Of a stretch of DNA of 32,000 nucleotides, positions 1 through 7,535 are shown piece by piece. Origin of the DNA: Geodermatophilus tzadiensis. GTDB lineage: Bacteria > Actinomycetota > Actinomycetes > Mycobacteriales > Geodermatophilaceae. The notes beneath the pieces were generated by a model. The model was not told where the DNA came from and did no database searches. It saw only the letters and a list, made by a program, of their open reading frames with translations. The stretch's first letter is position 1. The number at the start of each line of letters is the position of its first letter. Location: the NCBI RefSeq assembly GCF_003002915.1, contig NZ_PVTG01000024.1, positions 19,642 to 51,641 of the forward strand, read 5' to 3'. The position numbers and the translations under genes were made by a program.

Positions 1-267
1 CAGCTGGACGTCGAGGCCCAGCGGCCCGTCGTAGGCGTCGACGGCGAGCGAGCCGAGCGGCGGGACCTCGACCGTGGCGCCGCCGCCGGTGGGGGTGAGG
101 GCGAGGGAGGCGTCGAAGGGCCCGATCGGCGCATCGACCCGGCCGAGCAGGAGGATGCCGACCAGTGCGCCTCCGAGCACGACGAGCAGGCGGAAGGCCC
201 AGCGGCCGCCGACGCGGGCCCACCGGCGCGCGCGGCCGGGGACCGGGGACGGCGACGGCTCGCTCAC
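1..267 (-). CDS. Partial CDS (N-terminal 89 codons, continues past the left edge): hypothetical membrane-anchored protein
   Basis: My own minus-strand translation from GTG (267-265) reads VSEPSPSPVPGRARRWARVGGRWAFRLLVVLGGALVGILLLGRVDAPIGPFDASLALTPTGGGATVEVPPLGSLAVDAYDGPLGLDVQL. It stays open in frame to base 1, and third codon positions are almost all G/C. An Arg-rich N-terminus is followed by one hydrophobic helix. It is missing from the ORF track because no stop codon lies in the window. Confidence 0.5.
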   Translation of the reverse strand, partial: MSEPSPSPVPGRARRWARVGGRWAFRLLVVLGGALVGILLLGRVDAPIGPFDASLALTPTGGGATVEVPPLGSLAVDAYDGPLGLDVQL

Positions 268-420
268 CGCACCGAGGCTAGTGACCGGCCCGTCCCGGCG
301 ATCCGGCTCACCCCGCACGTCGTCCTACCGCACCGCAGCGCGTCCCACCCGACCGTGCACCGTCGGGTAGGACGCGCGGGGATCAGGTCACCTGATCGTG
401 GCGCGGCACGCGCAAAGGCG

Positions 421-1023
421 TCAGGCGGCGAGCTTCGCGGAGACCTCGGCCAGCCTGCGGCCCTGGTAGCGGGCGGCGGCCAGCTCGGCCTCGGTGGCGG
501 TCGCCGACTTGCCGCCCGAGGCGTTCGAGGTGCCGTAGGGGTTGCCGCCGGCCTCGAACAGCAGCGGGTCGGTGTAGCCGGGCGGGACGATGACGGCACC
601 GAAGTGCGAGAAGATGTTGAAGAACGTGAGGACGGTCGTCTCGTTGCCGCCGTGGACGTTCTGCGCGCTGGTGAAGGCGGTGGCGCCCTTGTTCGCGAGC
701 TTGCCGGTGAACCACAGGCCGCCGAGGGTGTCGATGAACTGCTTCATCTGCGCGGCCGGGGTGCCGAAGCGGGTGGGCGAGCCCAGGGCGTAGCCGTCGG
801 CCCACTCCAGGTCGGCCGGGGTGGCCTCCTGGACCTCGTCGGCGGTGGCGTCGACGTGCGCCCGCCACAGCGGGTTGGAGTCGATGGCCTCCTCGGGCGC
901 CAGCTCGGGCACCCGGCGCAGGCGCACCTCGGCGCCGGCCTCCTCGGCACCCTGGGCCACGGCTGCGGCCAGCTGGTGCACGTTGCCGGTGGACGAGTAG
1001 TAGATGACGGCGATCTTGGTCAC
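421..1023 (-). CDS. wrbA: NAD(P)H:quinone oxidoreductase, WrbA-type flavodoxin-like protein
   Basis: ORF 421..1077(-). KIAVIYYSSTGNVHQLAAAV ... GSPTRFG ... LWFTGKLANKGATAFTSAQNVHGGNETT matches the WrbA/flavodoxin-like FMN-binding pattern. I trimmed the start to GTG at 1023 (VTKIAVIYYSS), which puts the conserved first beta strand at the N-terminus. The ATG at 1077 would add 18 unconserved residues. Confidence 0.88.
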   Translation of the reverse strand: MTKIAVIYYSSTGNVHQLAAAVAQGAEEAGAEVRLRRVPELAPEEAIDSNPLWRAHVDATADEVQEATPADLEWADGYALGSPTRFGTPAAQMKQFIDTLGGLWFTGKLANKGATAFTSAQNVHGGNETTVLTFFNIFSHFGAVIVPPGYTDPLLFEAGGNPYGTSNASGGKSATATEAELAAARYQGRRLAEVSAKLAA

Positions 1024-1128
1024 GGGGGGCCTCGACTCTCGGAACACGAACTGCACGGATCGTTGCGAGTTCAACAACAGGGTCCTGAGTGCTCGTGTTC
1101 CGGGTGTCGTAAACCCGGTCGGGGCGGA

Positions 1129-1596
1129 TCAGACGGGGTGCGGGCGGAAGACCCAGCGCAGCGCGAGGAAGCGCAGCGTGCCGATCGTGGCGGTCACCGC
1201 GGCGATGACGAGCACCTCGGCGACGACGGCGGGCTCGTGGACCGAGGCGTTGAACCACGACAGCGCCAGGCTGGTGGCGACCATCCCGGCGACGGCGAGC
1301 GCGCCGCCCTCCCACTGTGCGGCGAACCAGCTCACGCGCTCACCGGCACGGAAGGTCAGCCGGCGGTGCAGCTCGTTGGCCAGCACCGACGACAGCGCCG
1401 CGCCGACCAGGTTGGCGGGCACCTCGCCGAGGCCGCGGAGGACGACGAACAGCACGCTGTAGACGGCGCTGGAGAACCCGCCGACGAGGACGAACCGGGA
1501 GAACTGGCCCAGGCCGTCGTCCGAGCGCACGCGTGCAGCGAGATCGCCGACCAGGTCGGCGACCGCCACGGGGCGGGACAACGACGGGCAGGTCAC
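1129..1596 (-). CDS. GtrA-family membrane protein
   Basis: Only the C-terminal 155 codons of track ORF 1129..3276(-) look real. The region FSRFVLVGGFSSAVYSVLFVVL ... NLVGAALSSVLANELHRRLTF ... IGTLRFLALRWVF has four hydrophobic segments typical of GtrA-like proteins. The start is GTG at 1596, preceded on the minus strand by GAAGGAGGAGCTGCC. The upstream part of the long ORF is Arg/Pro/Ser-rich shadow translation of the opposite-strand genes. Confidence 0.8.
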   Translation of the reverse strand: MTCPSLSRPVAVADLVGDLAARVRSDDGLGQFSRFVLVGGFSSAVYSVLFVVLRGLGEVPANLVGAALSSVLANELHRRLTFRAGERVSWFAAQWEGGALAVAGMVATSLALSWFNASVHEPAVVAEVLVIAAVTATIGTLRFLALRWVFRPHPV

Positions 1597-1776
1597 GGCA
1601 GCTCCTCCTTCGCGTCCAGCGTCTCGCTCTTCCGACCGTTCGGCGAGCAATTTCTCGTCGGTCGCTGACAGTTCCCCGTCAGCCGCCCACGCATGCCCTG
1701 ACAGTCGGCACGGAGCGTGTGTGATCCACCACGTCCCGGCGGCATCACCGCAGCTCCGGGCGGGTAGGGGCCGCCC

Positions 1777-2658
1777 ATGAGCCTGATGGGGATCCTCGAC
1801 CGACTCGCGGACGTGAACACCTTCGACCGGGCCATCGAGTCGGCCCGCAAGGGCGTGCAGGCGGTGCTCAAGCCGGGGGCGGTCAAGGACGCCCTGCACG
1901 GGACGTGGCTCGGACACCCGCTGCACCCGGTGCTGGTGCAGGTGCCCGTCGGGAGCTGGGCCTCCGCCGGCCTGCTCGACGCCATCCCGCCGCTGCGGCC
2001 GGCCGCGACCGTGCTCATCGGCACCGGGGTCGCCGTCTCGGTGCCCGCCGCGATGGCCGGGGCGGCGGACTGGTCGGAGCAGGAGATCGGCGTCCGCCGG
2101 CTCGGCGCGCTGCACGCGGTGTCGAACACCGTGGCGCTGGGGCTCTACGTCGGCTCGCTGGTGGCCCGCGCGAAGGGGCGCGGCACGCTGGGGCGGGTCC
2201 TGTCCTACGCCGGGCTGGGCATCGCCACCGGGTCGGCCGCCGTCGGCGGGCACATGTCCTACGCCCAGTCGTCGGGTGCCTCGCACGCGGCGACGGCGGC
2301 CCGGGCGCTGACGTCGGACTGGATCGACCTCGGCCCGCTCGACGACCTGCCCGAGGGCCGGCCGGCGCTGCGGACCGCGGGCGGCAGCGGCGTGGCCGCC
2401 CCGCTGGCCGCCGTCCGCCGGGGTGGGCGGGTCGACGTCTTCGTCGGTTCCTGCTCGCACCTGGCCGGGCCGCTGTACGAGGGCAGCGTCGAGGAGGTCC
2501 GCGGGCGCACCTGCCTGGTCTGCCCGTGGCACGACTCGGCCTTCGACCTGGACAACGGCGAGCCGCGGCGTGGGCCGGCGGCCAACCCGCAGGAGAAGCT
2601 CGAGGTCCGGATGGAGGCCGGCCGGGTCATGGCGCGGCTGCCCAGCCGGCACCAGTAG
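1777..2658 (+). CDS. DUF2231-like membrane domain fused to a Rieske [2Fe-2S] domain
   Basis: The N-terminal HGTWLGHPLHPVLVQVPVGSW plus several hydrophobic helices is DUF2231-like. The C-terminal CSHLAGPL ... CLVCPWHDSAFD is the Rieske CxH...CxxH cluster-binding pattern. Confidence 0.85.
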   Translation: MSLMGILDRLADVNTFDRAIESARKGVQAVLKPGAVKDALHGTWLGHPLHPVLVQVPVGSWASAGLLDAIPPLRPAATVLIGTGVAVSVPAAMAGAADWSEQEIGVRRLGALHAVSNTVALGLYVGSLVARAKGRGTLGRVLSYAGLGIATGSAAVGGHMSYAQSSGASHAATAARALTSDWIDLGPLDDLPEGRPALRTAGGSGVAAPLAAVRRGGRVDVFVGSCSHLAGPLYEGSVEEVRGRTCLVCPWHDSAFDLDNGEPRRGPAANPQEKLEVRMEAGRVMARLPSRHQ

Positions 2659-2686
2659 CCGCCCGGGGCGCCTACGCTGCCGCGGC

Positions 2687-3517
2687 ATGCGGCGGACGGC
2701 GGTGGTGCTCGCCGTCCTGCTGTGCGCCGCGTGCTCCGACGCCGCCGGCACGCCGCCCGCCGCGACCCGCCCGACCATGCCGTCCGCGGCCGACGTCCCG
2801 GGGATCGAGGCCGAGGTGCGGCAGTGGCGCACCGACGAGGCCGTGGGCGGCCAGGTGCAGGTGACCGTCACCGACACCGGCGAGGAGCCGTTCACGGTCA
2901 CCTCGGTGGCCCTGGAGTCGCCCGGCTTCGCGCCGCTGCCCGACCGGCCGGTGGACGCCGCGTTCGCGCCCGGGCGGACCATCGACGTCCCCGCGCAGTA
3001 CGGGGAGGTCGACTGCGGGCAGGAGGCCGAGCCGGCGGCGGCGCGGCTGACCGTCGTCCGTCCCGACGGGCGCACCGAGCGGCTGCGGGTGCCGCTGTCG
3101 GCCGAGGTGCTGACCCGCATCCACGGCGAGGAGTGCGCGGCGCGGACCGTCCTCGCCGTGGCGGGGGTGGACGTCGTCGGCCTGGCCCCGGACGGGGACG
3201 CGGTGACCGGGACGCTGACCCTCACCCGCACCGGCGACGACGATCGGCCGGTGACCGTGACGCGGCTGCAGGGCAACGTGCACTACTCCGTCGCCGCCGA
3301 CCTGCCCCGGACGCTGCGGGCCGGGGAGTCGACGCTGGAGATCGGGCTGCGCTTCACGATGGCCCGCTGCGACCCGCACGCCCTCGCCGAGGCCAAGCAG
3401 CCCTATCTCTTCCTGCTCGGCCTGCAGGTGGGGGGCGACGAGGAGGTGCCGGTGGACCTGCCGCTGGACCAGACCGACCGGGACCAGCTCGCGGCGCTGG
3501 TCGACCGCGGCTGCTGA
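2687..3517 (+). CDS. Probable secreted protein or lipoprotein, function unknown
   Basis: This is the frame of track ORF 2423..3517, started at ATG 2687. The N-terminus MRRTAVVLAVLLCAACSDAAG is a signal peptide with Cys in a lipobox-like context. The rest is Thr/Val/Asp-rich and looks like beta-rich secreted protein. GC3 is very high. Confidence 0.7.
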   Translation: MRRTAVVLAVLLCAACSDAAGTPPAATRPTMPSAADVPGIEAEVRQWRTDEAVGGQVQVTVTDTGEEPFTVTSVALESPGFAPLPDRPVDAAFAPGRTIDVPAQYGEVDCGQEAEPAAARLTVVRPDGRTERLRVPLSAEVLTRIHGEECAARTVLAVAGVDVVGLAPDGDAVTGTLTLTRTGDDDRPVTVTRLQGNVHYSVAADLPRTLRAGESTLEIGLRFTMARCDPHALAEAKQPYLFLLGLQVGGDEEVPVDLPLDQTDRDQLAALVDRGC

Positions 3518-3728
3518 CCGGCCCCGGACACAGGTCCGGTCCGGCCGCCCGGGGGGAACGGGCGACCGGACCGGGGTCTGGGCGCGGAGGCGTCGGCCCC
3601 GCGCTGTCGATGACGCTATGTAACGGGCGCTGCCCGCCGCGATCCCCTGAACGGGTGCCGCCCCTCGTCCGGGTGGTGCAGTGCGTCACGGAGGGTTCCT
3701 GCCGACCGGTGTGGGGCACCCCCGACCG

Positions 3729-3827
3729 GTGTTCTTCCTCTTCTCCAGCCGCCTCGGCTGCCTCGGCAGCCTCCTGGTCTCCGCCCTGCTGACCCTGCTC
3801 CTGCTGGTGGCCTTCGACGTCCTGTGA
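3729..3827 (+). CDS. Candidate 32-aa hydrophobic micro-protein (start uncertain; in-frame GTGs also at 3711 and 3681)
   Basis: My own translation gives (V)FFLFSSRLGCLGSLLVSALLTLLLLVAFDVL*. Every one of the 31 sense codons after the start ends in G or C, and the peptide forms one transmembrane-length helix. There is no convincing RBS directly upstream (GGAGGG at 3690-3695 lies 15 nt before the 3711 GTG). It is too short for the ORF track. Confidence 0.3.
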   Translation: MFFLFSSRLGCLGSLLVSALLTLLLLVAFDVL

Positions 3828-3902
3828 GCCCGGGCGACCACCAGCGGACGGCGCGTCGTCGCGGGGCGGTCACCTCGGCCGGTCTGGGAGACTCGGGCCG
3901 CC

Positions 3903-3975
3903 GGGCCTCTAGCTCAACTGGCAGAGCAGCGGACTTTTAATCCGCGGGTTGTGGGTTCGATCCCCACGGGGCCCA
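3903..3975 (+). tRNA. tRNA-Lys (anticodon UUU)
   Basis: A hand-folded cloverleaf fits: acceptor GGGCCTC/GGGGCCC (one G-U pair), D arm GCTC-AACTGGCA-GAGC, anticodon arm GCGGA-CTTTTAA-TCCGC, variable loop GGGTT, T arm GTGGG-TTCGATC-CCCAC, discriminator A. It is 73 nt long and CCA is not encoded. Confidence 0.93.
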
Positions 3976-5258
3976 CCGTGCTGACCAGCAGGTTTTCCTA
4001 TCGGGTCGGCCTGGGTGGCAGCACCGGCAGCAGCGGTGGTCGCAGTGTGGTCGCCCGCCGCGGCGGCAGTGCTCTTGAAGGCCTGCTCCAGTGCCGCCGC
4101 CATGGCGTCCGACGCGGTGCGCGCGGTGTCCTCGGACAGGTGGCCGTAGGTGTCGACCGTGATGCCGATCGACGAGTGCCGCAGCATCTTCGACACGATC
4201 GCCATCGGGACGCCGGCGGCGAGCATCAGCGACGCGGCGCCGTGGCGCAGGTCGTGCAGCCGGACCTGGCGCAGGCCCGCGGCCTTGGCCAGGGCGACGA
4301 AGCGGCGGGTGACGTACTCCGGCCGCAGCGGGGCACCGTTCTCCCGGGCGAACACCAGGTCATGCGCCTGGTAGGCGTCGCCCCAGCCCTGCCGATCGAG
4401 GTCTTGGCCGAGTCGGACCTGCAGCAGCGCCTGGACGGCGCGCTCGGTCAGCGGCACGGTCGCCTCCGACGACCGGGTCTTGGGCGTCGAGAACTGCAGG
4501 CGGCCGCCGACGTCGACCACGGTCTGCCGGATCCGTGCGGTGCGGTTGGTGAGGTCCAGGTCGGACCACCGTAGGCCCAGCGCCTCACCGCGACGGAGAC
4601 CGCAGGCGGCGATGACCTCGAACAGCGGGCCGAGGCGGTCGGTCTCGGCGTGCCGGAGGAACGCCGCGAGCTCGGCCGCGGACCACGGCTGCACTTCCGG
4701 GCGGGCGCCGTTCGGCGGGGTGACGTTGCTCGCGACGTTGAACGGCAGCCGGCGGGTCTTCACGCCGTAGCTGAGCGCCGACCGGAGTGTCGCGTGGATC
4801 CGCCGGACGGTTACCGGCCCGCGGCCGTCCGCGGCGTCGACCAGCAGCTGCTCGACGTGCTCGGCACGCAACTTCTCGATCGGGACGTGGCCGATGGCCG
4901 GGACGATGACGCGCTCGACGTGCGCCCGGTAGGAGCGGAGCGTCGTCGGCTTGGCCTCGCTGGCCTTCACCTGCAGCCAGCGCGCCAGGAAGGACGCGAC
5001 GGTCTCGCGATCATCGACGCGAACCCCCTGGGCGGTGCGGTTGGCGACGTCGGCCAGCGCCCGGTTCGCCCCGGCCTTGGTCGGGAAGCCCCCTCGGCGC
5101 AAGGTGCTGCGCTTGCCGGCGGTGGTCGGCATGTCCACGGCGAAGTACCAGGTGCCGTGCTTCCCGTCGGTGGCCAGCCGGGGACACGTCTGGCCCAGCT
5201 GCTTGCCGGCCTCGTCGCGGCAGGAGCAGCGGCGGTACACCCGGCCGCGGCGGTCCAT
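3909..5258 (-). CDS. int: Tyrosine recombinase / phage-type integrase
   Basis: The C-terminal 449 codons of track ORF 3909..5891(-), starting at MDRRGRVYRRCSC (ATG 5258). Catalytic boxes are present: ACGLRRGEALGLRWSDLD (Arg box), LHDLRHGAASLMLAAG (HxxR) and ITVDTYGHL (Tyr nucleophile). There is an N-terminal SAM-like core-binding region (FLARWL...SYRAHV). The last ~22 codons are read from the antisense of the tRNA (overlap 3909-3975). The start ATG overlaps the stop of the upstream gene (ATGA). Confidence 0.9.
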   Translation of the reverse strand: MDRRGRVYRRCSCRDEAGKQLGQTCPRLATDGKHGTWYFAVDMPTTAGKRSTLRRGGFPTKAGANRALADVANRTAQGVRVDDRETVASFLARWLQVKASEAKPTTLRSYRAHVERVIVPAIGHVPIEKLRAEHVEQLLVDAADGRGPVTVRRIHATLRSALSYGVKTRRLPFNVASNVTPPNGARPEVQPWSAAELAAFLRHAETDRLGPLFEVIAACGLRRGEALGLRWSDLDLTNRTARIRQTVVDVGGRLQFSTPKTRSSEATVPLTERAVQALLQVRLGQDLDRQGWGDAYQAHDLVFARENGAPLRPEYVTRRFVALAKAAGLRQVRLHDLRHGAASLMLAAGVPMAIVSKMLRHSSIGITVDTYGHLSEDTARTASDAMAAALEQAFKSTAAAAGDHTATTAAAGAATQADPIGKPAGQHGGPRGDRTHNPRIKSPLLCQLS

Positions 5259-6019
5259 CACTGTCCCCTGCCCTTCGATCGCTCGCCGGCGGGCAGAAAG
5301 CCGCGTCTGCGGGCTTCCTTGACCCAGCCGTGGATGGTGCTGACGGGCACGTCGTTCGCTTCGGCCATCTCCGAGGCGGGTCGAGTGCTCACCGCGTTCA
5401 GGTAGCCGTAGGCGCGAGCGACCGCTTCGTAGAACTCGTCCGGTCGTCCCCGCCCCTCGGGCACCTCGACCGTGATCTTCGGCGAGGCGTACGGGTGCGG
5501 GTGGGCGAACCACCAGCCGCTGTTCTCGGGACTGTCCCACTCGAACGGCCGCTGAGAGACGTCGGGGCCGGGGAGTCGGTGGATGAGCTTGGCCCGGTAG
5601 TCGGGTTGGTTGACAGCGGCCTCGATGCGGGTGAGCGGGATGTCGCGCAGAACGCGCGCGGCCACGCCACCGCCCTTGAACGACACCAGTACCTCGCGAA
5701 CCTCGATGAAGGCCTGGGGGAGCTCGTCGTTGGGGCGTGCCACGGCGGCGGGTCGGCCGTCGACGGTGGCCGGCTCTGTGTCGATGCCGCGGTCGAGCCC
5801 GAAGCGCAGGAAGAGCCAGGAGCCTTCGGCGTCGAACTGCTGGGACCGGTAGACGGCCCACCCGTCGTGTCCGGGCCGGAAGCTTACCCACTCGATCACG
5901 ACGCCCCTGGGTCCGGTGGTCACAGGCACGACGAACGTGCCCCTGGGTCGGAGCTCGGAGAAGTGGCTGGACACGGGCGTGACGCTAACCGACCCTGGCC
6001 GTTCCGTCCACGAGGACAC
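5258..6019 (-). CDS. Hypothetical protein with a C-terminal helix-turn-helix, co-transcribed with int
   Basis: 253-aa ORF with a GTG start at 6019. The C-terminus ASEMAEANDVPVSTIHGWVKEARRRGFLP is HTH-like. The N-terminal ~200 aa resemble no family I recognise. The stop overlaps the integrase ATG. Confidence 0.6.
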   Translation of the reverse strand: MSSWTERPGSVSVTPVSSHFSELRPRGTFVVPVTTGPRGVVIEWVSFRPGHDGWAVYRSQQFDAEGSWLFLRFGLDRGIDTEPATVDGRPAAVARPNDELPQAFIEVREVLVSFKGGGVAARVLRDIPLTRIEAAVNQPDYRAKLIHRLPGPDVSQRPFEWDSPENSGWWFAHPHPYASPKITVEVPEGRGRPDEFYEAVARAYGYLNAVSTRPASEMAEANDVPVSTIHGWVKEARRRGFLPAGERSKGRGQ

Positions 6020-6027
6020 TCCCAGAC

Positions 6028-6096
6028 TCTGAGTGTGTCTCGGTTGACGTAGTGGCCGTTACATGCCCACACTCGTCGGGCAAGGTCTGAGTGTGT
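6028..6096. promoter_or_regulatory. Divergent promoter/operator region with repeated TCTGAGTGTGT boxes
   Basis: A perfect 11-bp direct repeat TCTGAGTGTGT occurs at 6028-6038 and 6086-6096. An inverted copy of its core (CACACTC, 6068-6074) lies between them, and TTGACG sits at 6044-6049. All of this falls in the 98-bp gap between two divergent HTH genes. Confidence 0.5.
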
Positions 6097-6117
6097 TCAT
6101 CTAGAAGGAGTCCGGCC

Positions 6118-6339
6118 ATGACCCTGGCGGAACAGGTCCGAGCGGCGCAGCTGCCACCCCCCGCGGCGCGGCACAGGATCCGCTCCGAGGCACGCGTCAG
6201 CCTCGCCGAGGTCGCTGCGGAGTTGAACGTCTCGGCCGTCACGGTCCAGCGGTGGGAGCGGGGCATCTTCGAACCCCGCCGGGAGAAGGCCATCGCCTAC
6301 CGGAACCTGCTCGAGGCGCTGCAGCAGGCCACGGGATGA
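6118..6339 (+). CDS. Xre-family HTH transcriptional regulator
   Basis: MTLAEQVRAAQLPPPAARHRIRSEARVSLAEVAAELNVSAVTVQRWERGIFEP is an HTH_3-like motif. ATG 6118 is preceded by GAAGGAG at the right spacing. The track start at 6091 is probably too far upstream. Confidence 0.8.
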   Translation: MTLAEQVRAAQLPPPAARHRIRSEARVSLAEVAAELNVSAVTVQRWERGIFEPRREKAIAYRNLLEALQQATG

Positions 6340-6593
6340 ACGGCATGACGCGCACCGAGTTGCTCGCGCTGCCCACCACGGTCGACTTGGTCACCGCTGC
6401 ACGCGCGCTGTCGATCGGCAGGACGCTCGCCTACCAGCTCGCGCGCGCCGGGAACTTCCCCGTCCCGGTGCTGCGCCTCGGCACGCGCTACCGGGTCGTC
6501 ACCAGCGGTCTGCTCGCCGTCCTCGGCGTCGAACGAGGGACCGACACCGCCACGGTGAACGCACCGACCTTGCGGCCGGTCCCCGGCCTGTGA
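6336..6593 (+). CDS. xis: Excisionase-type (MerR/HTH_17-like) DNA-binding protein
   Basis: MNGMTRTELLALPTTVDLVTAARALSIGRTLAYQLARAGNFPVPVLRLGTRYRV fits the excisionase-family pattern (...rstvYrlvraGefPvvrlGrryrv). ATG 6336 overlaps the xre stop (ATGA). Confidence 0.75.
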   Translation: MNGMTRTELLALPTTVDLVTAARALSIGRTLAYQLARAGNFPVPVLRLGTRYRVVTSGLLAVLGVERGTDTATVNAPTLRPVPGL

Positions 6594-6865
6594 CGACAGC
6601 GCGGCCGGGTCCGCCACAGACCCGGCCGTCGCCACCACCGCCAACTCCACTTCACCTGGAGCCGACTCCCATGACGCTACCGAACCCGGGCCGCCCGGCA
6701 CCGCAGTCCGAGGGGCCCCTGGACGCCCGGGCGCTCGACGCCCTGCAGTCCGCCGTGAACCACCTTACCGGGACCGGCTACCTCGACAGCGCCTCGGCGG
6801 CCGTCCTCGCGCTCGCTGCAGGCCGGCCACGCCGCCGCTCGCGTCGCCTGGTCGTCGTCCGGTGA
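6590..6865 (+). CDS. Hypothetical small protein (alternative start ATG 6671)
   Basis: The GTG start overlaps the previous stop (GTGA), in line with the coupling pattern of this operon. The Pro-rich N-terminus is unconvincing. ATG 6671, preceded by GGAG, is an alternative start. Confidence 0.45.
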   Translation: MTTARPGPPQTRPSPPPPTPLHLEPTPMTLPNPGRPAPQSEGPLDARALDALQSAVNHLTGTGYLDSASAAVLALAAGRPRRRSRRLVVVR

Positions 6866-7293
6866 CCCGTCCCCTGCCGCTGCCCCTCCCATGGGCCCTC
6901 GACTGGGAACGCCGGCTGATCGCGGTCGTCGGCGACCAGCCGATCCCCGCATACGGCAGCTGTGACTGGCACGCCCTCCCCGAGAACTCGGCCATCCGCG
7001 TCGCCGCGTGCGTTCTCGCCGCTGCCGCCTGGCGCACCTACACCGACCCCGCCGAGGTCGCCCGCCGTCTCCGCCTGGAGATCGACGAGGCGCGCGAGCT
7101 CGACCGACTCGAACAGGACTTGGACGACTGGACGCCGACGCTCACCCGACAGCAGGCCGCTGCGTACTCGCGCTCCGGGCCCTCCCAGGGCGAGCTCGCC
7201 CGACGACGGAAGGACCCCGTGGCTGCGGCCCGCGCCGGCCGGCAGGCCGCGGCCATCGCCGACGCCTTCCCGCTGCAGGAGGGCGCGGCGTGA
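6862..7293 (+). CDS. Hypothetical protein of the integrative-element operon
   Basis: 143-aa ORF with a GTGA overlap to the previous ORF. The composition looks protein-like (WALDWERRLIAVVGDQPIPAYGSCDWHALPENSAIRVAACVLAAAAWRTY ... coiled EIDEARELDRLEQDLDDW). I recognise no motif. Confidence 0.55.
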   Translation: MTRPLPLPLPWALDWERRLIAVVGDQPIPAYGSCDWHALPENSAIRVAACVLAAAAWRTYTDPAEVARRLRLEIDEARELDRLEQDLDDWTPTLTRQQAAAYSRSGPSQGELARRRKDPVAAARAGRQAAAIADAFPLQEGAA

Positions 7294-7535
7294 CCTACGG
7301 GCCCACCATCCGAGACAGCACCGACGACCGGGCCACCGTCCGCATCGAGGTCGGACGGATCACCTGCTGGCTCTACGGTGCCGACCTCGTCCGCCTGCTT
7401 CGGGAGCTCGGTGTCCCCGGCCAGCCTGCATCCGACGAGGCGCTTGTCTGCCCCCTCGACCGTGTCGGAGATGTCCTCGCCGCCCTCGAGTGGCGCCACC
7501 GCCGCCCCGTCGAGCTCACGGCGGTCGACCGGTGA
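7290..7535 (+). CDS. Hypothetical small protein
   Basis: VTYGPTIRDSTDDRATVRIEVGRITCWLYGADLVRLLRELGVPGQPASDEALVCPLDRVGDVLAALEWRHRRPVELTAVDR. GTG 7290 overlaps the previous stop (GTGA), and its own stop overlaps the next start. Confidence 0.5.
   Translation: MTYGPTIRDSTDDRATVRIEVGRITCWLYGADLVRLLRELGVPGQPASDEALVCPLDRVGDVLAALEWRHRRPVELTAVDR

Noticed and set aside
381-397. Palindrome GATCAGG-TCA-CCTGATC just downstream of the wrbA stop, with a nearby 9-bp inverted pair CGTCCTACC/GGTAGGACG around 323-375. I considered a terminator or operator.
   Set aside because: The stems are short, no U-tract follows, and the position fits either role for either flanking gene. The evidence is too weak to call a feature.
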